This document shows, piece after piece, positions 50,639-59,700 of a DNA stretch of 64,000 bases. Position numbers and translations under genes: made by a program. Position 1 is the first letter of the stretch, and each line of letters starts with the position of its first letter. The notes beneath the pieces are model-generated. The model was not told the origin of the DNA and did not search any database. It saw only the letters and a list, made by a program, of their open reading frames with translations. Origin of the DNA: Acidimicrobiia bacterium (GTDB lineage Bacteria; Actinomycetota; Acidimicrobiia; Spongiisociales; UBA11373); contig JBBDMM010000012.1 of assembly GCA_040878325.1 (NCBI GenBank), positions 124,001-188,000 on the forward strand, written 5' to 3'.

Positions 50639-51972
50639 GCCGCCGCACCCTCGATCGCCTCTGCCACCGCTTCGAGGCCGGCGGCGCGCGAACCTTTGAC
50701 CAGCACGACATCCCCAGGGCGAACGATCTCCGCCAGGGCGGAGACGGCCTCGGCGGCGTCGCTGACGACCACAGAGGCGGACCCTGCGCCGACGGCGATC
50801 CCGGGATCGTCTCCGACCACGATCACGATCGCGAACCCCGCCGCGATCGCCGATCGGCCGATGGCTCGGTGCAACTCGCCCTCCGCGGTTCCCAACTCGT
50901 GCATCTTGCCGAGAACGGCAATCCGCCGACCTGACATCGCCGCAACGGTGGCGAATGCCGCCCGCATCGAGTCGGGATTGGCGTTGTAGGCGTCGTTGAC
51001 GAGCAGGATCGCGCCATCCGCGACCGCGACTTCCCGTACCTCCATGCGCCACGGAGCGGTCCTGGCGAGCGCCACGCGGTCGGCCGCCTCGGCAAAATCT
51101 CGGCCAAGCGCCAGGGCGGCTGCGATCGCGGCAGCGGCGTTGACCGGCTGGTGGCGGCCCGGCTGTACCAGGGAAATCGTGCTGGCGGATCCCAGGTGGG
51201 CGATGCGGAACGAGGCGCAGCCCCGCCCGTCGAGCGAGACGTCGGACACCTCGACGTCGGCACCGGACTCATCTTCGCCGAAGGTGATCATCGCGCCGGT
51301 CCGCCGGCTGGTCAGCCGCGGGTCGGCGGCGGGCAGGACGGCTACCCCTTCCGGTCCCAACGCATCGACCAACTCCCACTTTGCCTCCAGCACCGAGGCG
51401 ACGTCGCCGAACATCTCGAGGTGAGCCGGCCCGATGTTGGTCACCACCGCCACATCAGGTCGCACCACCGCAGCCAGGGCGGAAATGTGCCCCGCACCCC
51501 GGCTTCCGACTTCCACCACGACCGCCGATGCGTCGTCGGGAGCGCCAAGCACCGTGAGCGGCACCCCCACCTCGTTGTTGAAAGAGCGCGGCGCGGAGTG
51601 GGTGCCCACGCCGAGCGCTGCCGCGGTCATGTCCTTGGTGGTCGTCTTGCCTGAGCTCCCGGTGATGGCAACGAAGGGGGCGATGATCTCCGATCGGCGC
51701 CGCTCGCCGAGACGGGCGAGTGCGCCCCGCGTGTCGTCGACTTCGACCCCGAGCGCGCCCGCCGGCAGTCGCGACCGCTCGACCAGGACCGCGGCGCCGC
51801 GCGCGGCGGCATCGGCGGCGAAGTCGTTCCCGTCGAAGCGTTCGCCGCGCACCGCCACGAAGAGGGAGCCAGGTCCGGCCTCGCGCGAATCCACCACCAC
51901 TCGGTCGACGGTGGCGGCCCCGGTGGCGTGCCCGCCGGTGGCGGAGGCGATAGCGGCGAGATCCCACTTCAT
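50635..51972 (-). CDS. murF: UDP-MurNAc-tripeptide--D-Ala-D-Ala ligase
   Basis: TGSSGKTTTK, FNNEVGVP, NDAYNANPDSM, VLVKGSR. Confidence 0.96.
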   Translation of the reverse strand: MKWDLAAIASATGGHATGAATVDRVVVDSREAGPGSLFVAVRGERFDGNDFAADAAARGAAVLVERSRLPAGALGVEVDDTRGALARLGERRRSEIIAPFVAITGSSGKTTTKDMTAAALGVGTHSAPRSFNNEVGVPLTVLGAPDDASAVVVEVGSRGAGHISALAAVVRPDVAVVTNIGPAHLEMFGDVASVLEAKWELVDALGPEGVAVLPAADPRLTSRRTGAMITFGEDESGADVEVSDVSLDGRGCASFRIAHLGSASTISLVQPGRHQPVNAAAAIAAALALGRDFAEAADRVALARTAPWRMEVREVAVADGAILLVNDAYNANPDSMRAAFATVAAMSGRRIAVLGKMHELGTAEGELHRAIGRSAIAAGFAIVIVVGDDPGIAVGAGSASVVVSDAAEAVSALAEIVRPGDVVLVKGSRAAGLEAVAEAIEGAAA

Positions 51973-53450
51973 CGGGAAATCGCCTCCTCCCTGACAACCA
52001 GCCGGTCGTCGAAGGGAACGACCGTCGTTCCGAAGTCTTGCCCGGACTCGTGACCCTTGCCGAGAATCAACACCGCATCACCGGCCCTCGCCTCGCCGAG
52101 GGCCACCCGGATCGCCTGCCGCCGGTCGATCTCTTCGATCACCCGACCAGGTCCATCGGCGCCCGCGGCAACCGCCGCCAGGATGGCCGCCGGATCCTCT
52201 CGCCGCGGGTTGTCGGAAGTGAGCACCGCGATGTCGGCGTTCGAAGCGGCCCTGCCCATCAGCGGTCGCTTCTCCTTGTCACGATCCCCACCGGCACCGA
52301 CGACCGCGATCACGCGACCGCGATCGCCGACGATGTCGCGGGCGGCCGCAACCGCCGCGGCGATGCCATCGGGAGTGTGGGCGTAATCCACCACGACGGT
52401 GTAGTCGGTCCCGGTGGGAACCAGTTCGAACCTGCCCGGCACCTGCGCAACGGCGGCGATGCCTGCGACGATGTCGGTCCAGCCGATCCCGAGGTCCTCG
52501 GCGCACCCCATGGCGACAAGGGCGTTGGCGACATTGAAGCGACCGGCGAGCGGCAGGGTCACCGCGGCATCCCCCGCCCGTCCCTGAGCCACAAAACGCG
52601 AGCCCTCGAACCCGAGCACGACATCGTGGGCCGTGACGTCTGCAGGCTGGTCCACCCCGACCCGCGTCATGGGAATCGACAGGGTGCGAGCGAGACGCTG
52701 CCCCCAGGGATCGTCCACCCACACCACGGCGGAATCGGCCTGCTCGAATATCGAGGCCTTGGCGAGAAAGTAGGACTCCATGTCACCGTGGAAGTCGAGG
52801 TGGTCTCGTGACAGGTTGGTAAAGGCGGCGACGGCGAACCTCGATCCGGACACCCGTCCCAGGGTGAGGGCATGCGAGGACACTTCGACCGCGGCGAGAT
52901 CGACTCCTGCCTCCACCATGCGAGCGAGAAGCCTCTGGAAATCGGTGGCCTCGGGCGTGGTCCTCGACACCTGCACCCCTTCTCCGAGGATTCGGGCGCC
53001 GACGGTCCCGACGATGGCCGCGGGGATACCCGCCGCAGCCGCGATCGATTCGAGCAGGTGGGTGACCGTGGTTTTGCCGTTGGTGCCCGTGACGCCAACA
53101 AGCCTGAGCCGGGTCGACGGCATCTCGTGGACCTGGGCAGCGAGAAGACCAAGGACCGCCCTGGTATCGGGCACCACGACCGCCGAGACCCCGACCGCAT
53201 ATCGTTCGTCCTCGACGCACACGGCCGGCGAGCCCGCGGCGGTAGCGGCGTGGACAAAATCGTGCCCGTCCGCAGAGAATCCTCTGACCGCCACGAACAG
53301 GACGCCGGGTCCGGCCTGGTGCGAATCGTGGGTTGCGTCCGTGACGACGACCGAGCCATCGCCGACCACCGAGCCTCCGACCGCATCGGCCAGCTGGCGC
53401 AGTGTCCTCGGCGCTCGAGGCGAGGTTGGCTTCCGCTTCGGCTCACGCAT
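51969..53450 (-). CDS. murE: UDP-MurNAc-dipeptide--meso-DAP ligase
   Basis: TGTNGKTT, TTPE, EVSSH, DYAHTPD, DNPR (DAP-type), GKGHE. Confidence 0.96.
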   Translation of the reverse strand: MREPKRKPTSPRAPRTLRQLADAVGGSVVGDGSVVVTDATHDSHQAGPGVLFVAVRGFSADGHDFVHAATAAGSPAVCVEDERYAVGVSAVVVPDTRAVLGLLAAQVHEMPSTRLRLVGVTGTNGKTTVTHLLESIAAAAGIPAAIVGTVGARILGEGVQVSRTTPEATDFQRLLARMVEAGVDLAAVEVSSHALTLGRVSGSRFAVAAFTNLSRDHLDFHGDMESYFLAKASIFEQADSAVVWVDDPWGQRLARTLSIPMTRVGVDQPADVTAHDVVLGFEGSRFVAQGRAGDAAVTLPLAGRFNVANALVAMGCAEDLGIGWTDIVAGIAAVAQVPGRFELVPTGTDYTVVVDYAHTPDGIAAAVAAARDIVGDRGRVIAVVGAGGDRDKEKRPLMGRAASNADIAVLTSDNPRREDPAAILAAVAAGADGPGRVIEEIDRRQAIRVALGEARAGDAVLILGKGHESGQDFGTTVVPFDDRLVVREEAISR

Positions 53451-55140
53451 CGGGGGGCACCCCGAGCTGGTTCAGGGCGGCGAGCATCACTTCGGAGAAG
53501 ATCGGGGCTGCGCCCTGGCCGCCGCTGGCATATTCGACCGGGCCGTCGAGCACGACCACGACGACGACGCGGGGAGAGTCGATGGGTGCCATTCCGATGA
53601 AGCTCGCCACGACCTCTTCCTCGCTGTACGACTGTGTCTCCGAGAGGTACTTCTCGGTCGTGCCGGTCTTCCCGCCCACACGGTATCCCGGTACCACGGC
53701 GAGCGAACCGGTCCCCTGCTCGACAACGGCATGGAGCATCGCCCGCACCTGGCGCGCAGTGCGGGGGGAGATGACCTGACGCTCCGTTGCTTCGACGGCC
53801 TGTCGGATTCCGGAACCGTCGAGGATCTCGCGGACGAGGTGTGGCTGCACCCACACTCCGTCGTTGGCGATGGTGGCGTAGACCATGGCCATCTGCAGCG
53901 GAGTCACCGACACGTGATAGCCGATCGAGGTGCCGGCGAGACAGGTGGTGAGACACCACTCCTCCGACGGGCGGAGCACTCCGGACGCCTCTCCGGGAAA
54001 GTCGATGCCGGTGCGGGCGCCCTGGCCGAACTGATGCATGATCGCGTGCAGTTGGCTGGCCCCGATCAGGTCGCCGAGGAGGATCGTGCCCAGGTTCGAC
54101 GAGTACGTGACGATCTCGGTGACGGAGAGCCGCGAGGGATGCTCGGTGAAATCTTCGAAGACCGTGTCCTGGATCTCGATTTGCTCCGGTATGTCGAAGC
54201 GAGTCCCCGGGTTCACCAGGCCCGACTCGAGCGCTCCCGACACGGTGACAGCCTTCTGGGTCGACCCCGGCTCGAAGACATCGGTGACCGCCCGGTTGCG
54301 GATCGCATCCCCCGGCACCTCGGCACGCGCATTCGGGTCGTAGCTCGGCAGATTCACCATGGCGATCACCTCGCCGTTCGTCGGATCGATCACCACGATC
54401 GAGCCCGAGGTGGCACCGGTGCGCTCCAGCCCACGAGCGAGTGCCCGTTCGGCCGCGTACTGGATCTCGACTTTGATCGTGGTCACCAGGTCGCTCCCCT
54501 GCACCGCCGGCTTCACCTGGTACTCGCCCTGGGGGATCACCAGCCCGGCGGGATCGCGCTCGACCAGCAGCTCTCCGGGGATGCCGGAGAGTGCCTCGTC
54601 GTATTGGAGTTCGAGGCCCTCGAGCCCAACATTGTCGGCCGAACGCACGAATCCCACCACGTGGACCGCGAGCCCATCGGTCGGGTAGACCCGCTTCGGT
54701 TCCGTGAGGAAGTAGACACCGGGAATGTCAGCCTCCCGAATCGGCTCGACGTCCTCGGGATCCATCTGCCGGGCGAGATAGACAAAGGCAGTACCGCTGG
54801 TGAGATCCCTCGCGACCTCTCGGACCTTGCGGTCGAGGAGCGGGGCCAGTTGGAGGGCGGCGGCTTCGGGATCGGCCATCTCACGCGGGTTGGCGTACAC
54901 GCTCACCGAGTCGATCGTGACCGCGAGTTCCCGCCCGTCGCGGTCGAAAATGGTGCCACGGTCGGCCGGGAGTGTCTTCAGTTGGAGGCGTTGGTCGAGT
55001 CCGCGGGCGGCGAACTCGTCGGCCCGGGCGCCCTGGACCACTGTGAGCCGATAGCCGACGATCGTCCACGCCAGCACGAGCAAGAATCCGACCGTGGCCA
55101 GTCGGCGGTTGCTGGTGGCGCGGCGCGGCCGCTGGTCCAT
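53443..55140 (-). CDS. ftsI: Class B penicillin-binding protein FtsI/PBP3
   Basis: RGTIFDR, GLEGLE, EPGSTQK (SxxK), SSN (SxN), GKTGT. Confidence 0.95.
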   Translation of the reverse strand: MDQRPRRATSNRRLATVGFLLVLAWTIVGYRLTVVQGARADEFAARGLDQRLQLKTLPADRGTIFDRDGRELAVTIDSVSVYANPREMADPEAAALQLAPLLDRKVREVARDLTSGTAFVYLARQMDPEDVEPIREADIPGVYFLTEPKRVYPTDGLAVHVVGFVRSADNVGLEGLELQYDEALSGIPGELLVERDPAGLVIPQGEYQVKPAVQGSDLVTTIKVEIQYAAERALARGLERTGATSGSIVVIDPTNGEVIAMVNLPSYDPNARAEVPGDAIRNRAVTDVFEPGSTQKAVTVSGALESGLVNPGTRFDIPEQIEIQDTVFEDFTEHPSRLSVTEIVTYSSNLGTILLGDLIGASQLHAIMHQFGQGARTGIDFPGEASGVLRPSEEWCLTTCLAGTSIGYHVSVTPLQMAMVYATIANDGVWVQPHLVREILDGSGIRQAVEATERQVISPRTARQVRAMLHAVVEQGTGSLAVVPGYRVGGKTGTTEKYLSETQSYSEEEVVASFIGMAPIDSPRVVVVVVLDGPVEYASGGQGAAPIFSEVMLAALNQLGVPPDA

Positions 55141-55228
55141 TGGTCCTCCTCGTTTCCCCGGCCTTGCGGCCGCCCGCCTCTCCGGCAGAACGGGGTCTTC
55201 GCCCTGCCGCTCCGAGCCGAACCCGTAC

Positions 55229-55648
55229 TCAGGGCTCGGCGCTGGCGCTCAGCAGCGCCTTCAAGTCGATCCACCGATCCTCGATGCCCGGCCCGGGACC
55301 GCCCAGGCCGGGCACCTCAATCGTGAGGATCCGATCGGGGTACACCATCCCCATCTCCGCGGCGATCGTCGCGATCCGCGCTGCCGACTGCAGCTCGGTC
55401 ACCTGAAGCCGAAGCTCCCAGTAGCGCGCTTCCTCGGCTGCGATACGGACCTCGTAGTCCTCCAGGACGAACGCCGCGCGGTCGAGCGCGATCCGCGACG
55501 ACACCAGCAGCAGGAACATCGCCGACAGCGCAATCGCCAGCCCGATCCAGCCCCCGATCCGCCGACGGCGGGTCGTCGGCCCGATGACCACGTGAAAGCC
55601 GCGGGGGCGAGGGAGGGGAAATCCGGTGGGAGCCGAGCGGGAGACCAT
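55229..55648 (-). CDS. ftsL: FtsL-like cell division protein
   Basis: TM plus coiled coil and RIATIAAEMGMV; position between rsmH and ftsI. Confidence 0.75.
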   Translation of the reverse strand: MVSRSAPTGFPLPRPRGFHVVIGPTTRRRRIGGWIGLAIALSAMFLLLVSSRIALDRAAFVLEDYEVRIAAEEARYWELRLQVTELQSAARIATIAAEMGMVYPDRILTIEVPGLGGPGPGIEDRWIDLKALLSASAEP

Positions 55649-56553
55649 CAGATCCGCTCCGCGACCCGCAGCCGCGCGCTGCGCGCCCGGGGATTGGCGG
55701 TGATCTCGGTGTCGGTCGGAAGTTCGGGGCGGCGGGTCAAGATCCGCAGCTCGGCGATCTGGTCGCACACGCACACCGGAAACTCCGGAGGGCAGACACA
55801 GTCACGCGCGCCGGCGACGAAACGCTGCTTGACGATGCGATCCTCGAGCGATTGGTAGGAGATCACGACGATCCGACCTCCAGGTCGCAACAGCCGCAGG
55901 GCGAGGTCGAGGCCATCGGCAAGTGCCTCCAGCTCGTCATTGACTGCGATGCGGATCGCCTGAAAAGTTCGGCGGGCAGGATGCGGCCGGTCGCGGGGCC
56001 CAGGCGGCACGGCCCCGGCGACCGCGTCGGCGAGATGCGCCGTGTCGCGGATCGGTCGATTGCGGACGATCGCCCTGACGATGCGTTTGGCGAAGCGCTC
56101 TTCGCCGAACTGGCGGAGGATCCGGACCAGTTCGGCTTCATCCCAGCGGTTGACGACATCGTCGGCGCTCCATGGGGCGTGCGGGCCCATCCGCATGTCG
56201 AGAGGGCCAGGCCGTTGATAGGAGAACCCTCGCTCCCCCACGTCGAGCTGATGCGAGGAGACCCCGAGGTCGAAGACGGCTGCAGCGAGATCATCGATGC
56301 CCTCCAGGTCCAGCGGCCGATCCAGCGAACGGAAGTCGGCGAGATGGAACGAAAGGCGGGGATGAGGCTGGGTCGGGCGCGCTGCCGGGTCGCGATCGAG
56401 CGCGACCACTCGTGACCCCGGTAGCGCCTCGAGGATTGCCGCCGAGTGCCCTCCGCCGCCGTAGGTCGCGTCGAGGATCACTCCCCCGTCGAGCGGTCGC
56501 AGCCAATGGACCACCCGATCGACCATTACCGGAATGTGATAGGCACGGTCCAC
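55648..56553 (-). CDS. rsmH: 16S rRNA m4C1402 methyltransferase
   Basis: HIPVM, DATYGGGGH, DLGVSS, PLDMRM, FQAIRIAVN, SLEDRIVK, NPRARSA. Confidence 0.97.
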   Translation of the reverse strand: MDRAYHIPVMVDRVVHWLRPLDGGVILDATYGGGGHSAAILEALPGSRVVALDRDPAARPTQPHPRLSFHLADFRSLDRPLDLEGIDDLAAAVFDLGVSSHQLDVGERGFSYQRPGPLDMRMGPHAPWSADDVVNRWDEAELVRILRQFGEERFAKRIVRAIVRNRPIRDTAHLADAVAGAVPPGPRDRPHPARRTFQAIRIAVNDELEALADGLDLALRLLRPGGRIVVISYQSLEDRIVKQRFVAGARDCVCPPEFPVCVCDQIAELRILTRRPELPTDTEITANPRARSARLRVAERI

Positions 56554-56653
56554 GGTCAGCCCTCCAGAGCGCTGGCGTCAATATGGAAGCGGGCGGAGTA
56601 AGGGGCTTTCCACGTGACATCCGGAGGGCTGACCCTGAGCCGTACCTCATCAT

Positions 56654-57085
56654 TCAGATTCCTTCCTCGCTGAGAGACTCCTCGATTCCCGAGTAGAGGT
56701 CGTCGGCCTCGTGCGAGACAGACTCCCACTGCGCCGTGTCCCAGATCTCCACGCGATCCGCCACCCCGAGGACGACGACGTCCTTGTCGAGAGCGGCGTA
56801 GGTGCGGAGGGGCTGGGGGATCTGCACCCGGCCCTGCTTGTCCATCTGCTGGTCGGTGGCCGACCCGAAGAACGACCGCGCGTAGTTCCGGTTGCGGTGG
56901 TTGGTCCGTGGCAGTCGGTTGATCCGCGCCACCTCTTCCTCCCATCGGTCCATCGGGAATACGTAGAGACACCGCTCCTGGCCCTTGGTGACGACCAGGC
57001 CCCGCGACAGGCGATCGCGAAAACGGGCGGGCATGACCACCCTCCCCTTGTCGTCCACGCTGTGCTGGTACTCGCCGAGGAACAC
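56654..57085 (-). CDS. mraZ: Division/cell wall cluster transcriptional regulator MraZ
   Basis: FLGEYQHSVDDKGR, DKQGRV, GVADRVEIWD. Confidence 0.97.
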   Translation of the reverse strand: MFLGEYQHSVDDKGRVVMPARFRDRLSRGLVVTKGQERCLYVFPMDRWEEEVARINRLPRTNHRNRNYARSFFGSATDQQMDKQGRVQIPQPLRTYAALDKDVVVLGVADRVEIWDTAQWESVSHEADDLYSGIEESLSEEGI

Positions 57086-57194
57086 TCGGTTTCTCCGTCC
57101 TTCGCACCGTCATCGCCTCGCTTCCGAGGGCGCTGGGCTGACCGGGCAAGGAACAAGTCGTGCTCCGCTTCGGAGATCGACTTGTTCCCGTTCT

Positions 57195-57249
57195 CCACGT
57201 TGTCCCACTTTGGACCACTCTAACCCACTTGTCAACCCATTTGTGACAC
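57195..57249 (-). promoter_or_regulatory. MraZ binding repeats (GTGG every 10 bp)
   Basis: CCAC on + at 57195, 57205, 57215, 57225 (exact 10-bp period) plus degenerate copies, upstream of mraZ. Confidence 0.85.
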
Positions 57250-57339
57250 TTCGGGGCCAATTCGAACCCCCCGGGGGATATCCGGTGGGACGAGCCGGCG
57301 CCCCGGCGTCGCCCCGACCGGCGCATCTAGCCTGGTCGC

Positions 57340-58065
57340 ATGCTGCAGGGTCGCAACATCCTGGTTACCGGCGCGTCGAGCGGAATCGGGCGCGGGTTGG
57401 CGCTCGAATACGCCGTCAACGGCGCCCGGGTGTGGGCGGTGGGGCGCCGTTCCGCGCCCCTCGAGCGGGTGGCGGAGGAGGCGTCGGGACTGATCACCCC
57501 ATTGGCCGTCGACCTCACCACCCTTGGCGGCCGGCGGGCGGTCGCCACCGCCATCGAGCACGACGGCGGCCGCCTCGATGTCGCAGTCCACGCCGCCGGG
57601 CTACTGGGCCCGGTCGGGATCGATCTCGCCCAGTACCCCGAGGACGAATGGCGCGCGGTGTTCGAGATCAACGTCACCGCAGTGCACCTGTTGCACCAGG
57701 ACCTCCAGCGTCACCTCGACCGCGGGGTGGCCCCGGCCGTGATCGGGTTGGCGTCCACGGTCGGACGCAAGCCGCGGGCGGGCTGGGGGATGTATGCCGT
57801 CTCCAAGCATGCGCTCGAGGGATGGCTGGGCACACTCGCCGCAGAGTGGCCGGCCGGCCGGGTCTACTCGGTGAACCCGGGCGGGACCCGCACCCCGATG
57901 CGGGCAGAGGCGCGCCCGGACGAGGATCCGGCGACCGTCCCCGCCCCCGGGGAGATCGCCCCACTGTTCCTCCGCCTCGCCCACCCGGCGGCACCGGAGC
58001 CCTCGGGATCGATTCTCGAAGCCCGGGACTGGATTGGACACGACCCGTGGGAGGGCCTCGGCTGA
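57340..58065 (+). CDS. SDR family oxidoreductase
   Basis: TGASSGIG, HAAG, YAVSK (YxxxK), VNPGGTRT. Confidence 0.93.
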   Translation: MLQGRNILVTGASSGIGRGLALEYAVNGARVWAVGRRSAPLERVAEEASGLITPLAVDLTTLGGRRAVATAIEHDGGRLDVAVHAAGLLGPVGIDLAQYPEDEWRAVFEINVTAVHLLHQDLQRHLDRGVAPAVIGLASTVGRKPRAGWGMYAVSKHALEGWLGTLAAEWPAGRVYSVNPGGTRTPMRAEARPDEDPATVPAPGEIAPLFLRLAHPAAPEPSGSILEARDWIGHDPWEGLG

Positions 58066-58073
58066 GACGGCTC

Positions 58074-58589
58074 TCAGTCCGCCGCCGCCGAGGCTTCGGC
58101 GGTGTCGGCGGTGATGATGTGGATCATGACGTCACCATCCGGGAGGATCCCGGGTGGGTCGATGCGATGGGCTCCGATCGATCGAGCGTGCTCCCCCACC
58201 CGCTCCAGGACGTCGCGAATGATCATCCGGCTGGGACCGGGCCCCTCCGCTGCATCGAGGAGTGGCACATCGGCTGGGTCCGTGGAGATCACCCGAACCC
58301 CGCGTCCCCGCAGATCCCACAGCATGATCTCCTGGACGATCTGGTCGGAAGACAGCACCGACACCCCCGGCACGATCACGGCGTCGGCGGCGCCCGAAGC
58401 GATCACCCCCAGCAGCCCGAGATAGCCGTCACGGCCGAGCGCCTCGCCGGCTACCCGGGCGTCGAGGCAGACGGCCACGATGGACAGCCCATGCTCGAGC
58501 GCATGGCGGCGGATCGCCTCTTGTTGCTCGAATGCCGAGTGTCCCGCCGACGGGTCGGCGGACTCGCGCACATACCCGACGACGCGCAC
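58074..58589 (-). CDS. Serine recombinase (resolvase) catalytic-domain-only protein, degenerate active site
   Basis: GYVRES N-term, resolvase-like pattern to helix E; DRLxR replaced by SVLSS; GAGGAGG RBS before GTG 58589. Confidence 0.72.
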   Translation of the reverse strand: MRVVGYVRESADPSAGHSAFEQQEAIRRHALEHGLSIVAVCLDARVAGEALGRDGYLGLLGVIASGAADAVIVPGVSVLSSDQIVQEIMLWDLRGRGVRVISTDPADVPLLDAAEGPGPSRMIIRDVLERVGEHARSIGAHRIDPPGILPDGDVMIHIITADTAEASAAAD

Positions 58590-58659
58590 AGAACCTCCTC
58601 GCACCAGAGGCTACCACTACGGAACGTGCGTTATTAGGTCACGGATAGTGCTCGTAGCC

Positions 58660-58765
58660 AGGCCCCTGCTCCAGCCCCAGCCACGGCCAGAAGCGCGGAA
58701 CATCTCTCATGCCGACCTCGCTGGAGCCGGAGCCGGATTGGCTGGAGCCGGAGCCGGAGCCGGGG
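58660..58765. repeat. Inverted hexamer (GAGCCG-like) arrays
   Basis: ggcccctgctccagccccagccacggccag ... ctggagccggagccggattggctggagccggagccggagccggggc. Confidence 0.75.
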
Positions 58766-58777
58766 CTTGGGGGCCCC

Positions 58778-58800
58778 GTCTGAGCCGCCTCGGCTCAGAC
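58778..58800 (-). terminator. Perfect 10-bp hairpin overlapping HNH gene stop
   Basis: GTCTGAGCCG-cct-CGGCTCAGAC; no U-tract. Confidence 0.45.
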
Positions 58801-59295
58801 TGCGGCCCCGAGATAGGCATGCCATGAGGGATGCGGCGGGGACCCGAGGCCAACCAATAGCCAGCCGTGCTCGCGGGGGGCACCGGGGGCGCCCCCCAGG
58901 CTCATTCCTGCTTCGTGGGGAGTCCGGTCACCCTTACGGGTGTTGCACCGGCGGCAGGCGGCGACGACGTTCTCCCAGGTATGGGTGCCGCCCCGGGACC
59001 GGGGCATCACGTGGTCGAGGTTCTCGGCGCCGTGACCGCAGTACTGGCAGGTGTGCAGATCACGGGCGAACACCGCGCGGCGATTCAAAGGGACCCTCCG
59101 CCGGTACGGCACCCGCACGTACCTGCGAAGCCGGATGACGGTAGGCACCTCCACCTCGAGATGCTCCGACCGCCACACCTGGTTCTGCGAGTGGATCAGC
59201 TCGGCCTTCTCTCGCACCACCAGGACGACGGCGCGCCGCGCCGACACCACCGAAAGTGGCTCGAATGACGCGTTCAGGACGAGCGCTTGAGCCAT
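58795..59295 (-). CDS. HNH endonuclease (conserved actinobacterial type)
   Basis: LVLNASFEPL, PTVIRL, CQYCG, DHVMPRSRGG, WENVVAACRRCN. Confidence 0.92.
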   Translation of the reverse strand: MAQALVLNASFEPLSVVSARRAVVLVVREKAELIHSQNQVWRSEHLEVEVPTVIRLRRYVRVPYRRRVPLNRRAVFARDLHTCQYCGHGAENLDHVMPRSRGGTHTWENVVAACRRCNTRKGDRTPHEAGMSLGGAPGAPREHGWLLVGLGSPPHPSWHAYLGAAV

Positions 59296-59349
59296 GCGAC
59301 GCGCGACGATAGGCGAGCCGCGGACGGCATGCAGCGGGCAGCGACCCGC

Positions 59350-59664
59350 CTAGTCCCCTTCGACCGAGTGCTTCCGCAGCACGTCGCGTTCGCCGGCCAT
59401 GCGGCGGCGCCGACGGCGCCACGATCGCCACAGCCAGCCGAGCACCTTGCCGCCTACCAGCCCTGCCACGAAGGTGGCGCTCAGCACCAGCCACTGGGGC
59501 GCGCTCCACTCATAGTTGGCCCAAGCCAGGGTGGCGGTGTCGGTATTCGAGACGATGAGGATCACGATTGGGGTCAGGATCACAACCAGGAGGATCAAGG
59601 GCCCGAACCATCGTCTGGGCTCTTCGACTGTCTGCTGCTGCGTGTCCGGTCGATCGTTGGTCAT
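59350..59664 (-). CDS. LapA/DUF1049-like membrane protein
   Basis: TM - SNTDTATL..W - P-led second TM - Arg-rich tail. Confidence 0.7.
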   Translation of the reverse strand: MTNDRPDTQQQTVEEPRRWFGPLILLVVILTPIVILIVSNTDTATLAWANYEWSAPQWLVLSATFVAGLVGGKVLGWLWRSWRRRRRRMAGERDVLRKHSVEGD

Positions 59665-59700
59665 CCGCCGATGATACGGATGTTGGAGCCGGGTTGGGGC

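Noticed and set aside
52780..55326. 848-aa plus-strand ORF
   Set aside because: Antisense shadow across murE and ftsI; no recognisable domains.
58074..59295. HNH plus recombinase as an active transposon, IS607-like element or homing element
   Set aside because: The HNH is of the common chromosomal LVLNASFEPL type, the recombinase lacks catalytic arginines and a DNA-binding domain, and no TnpB, terminal repeats or target duplication were seen.
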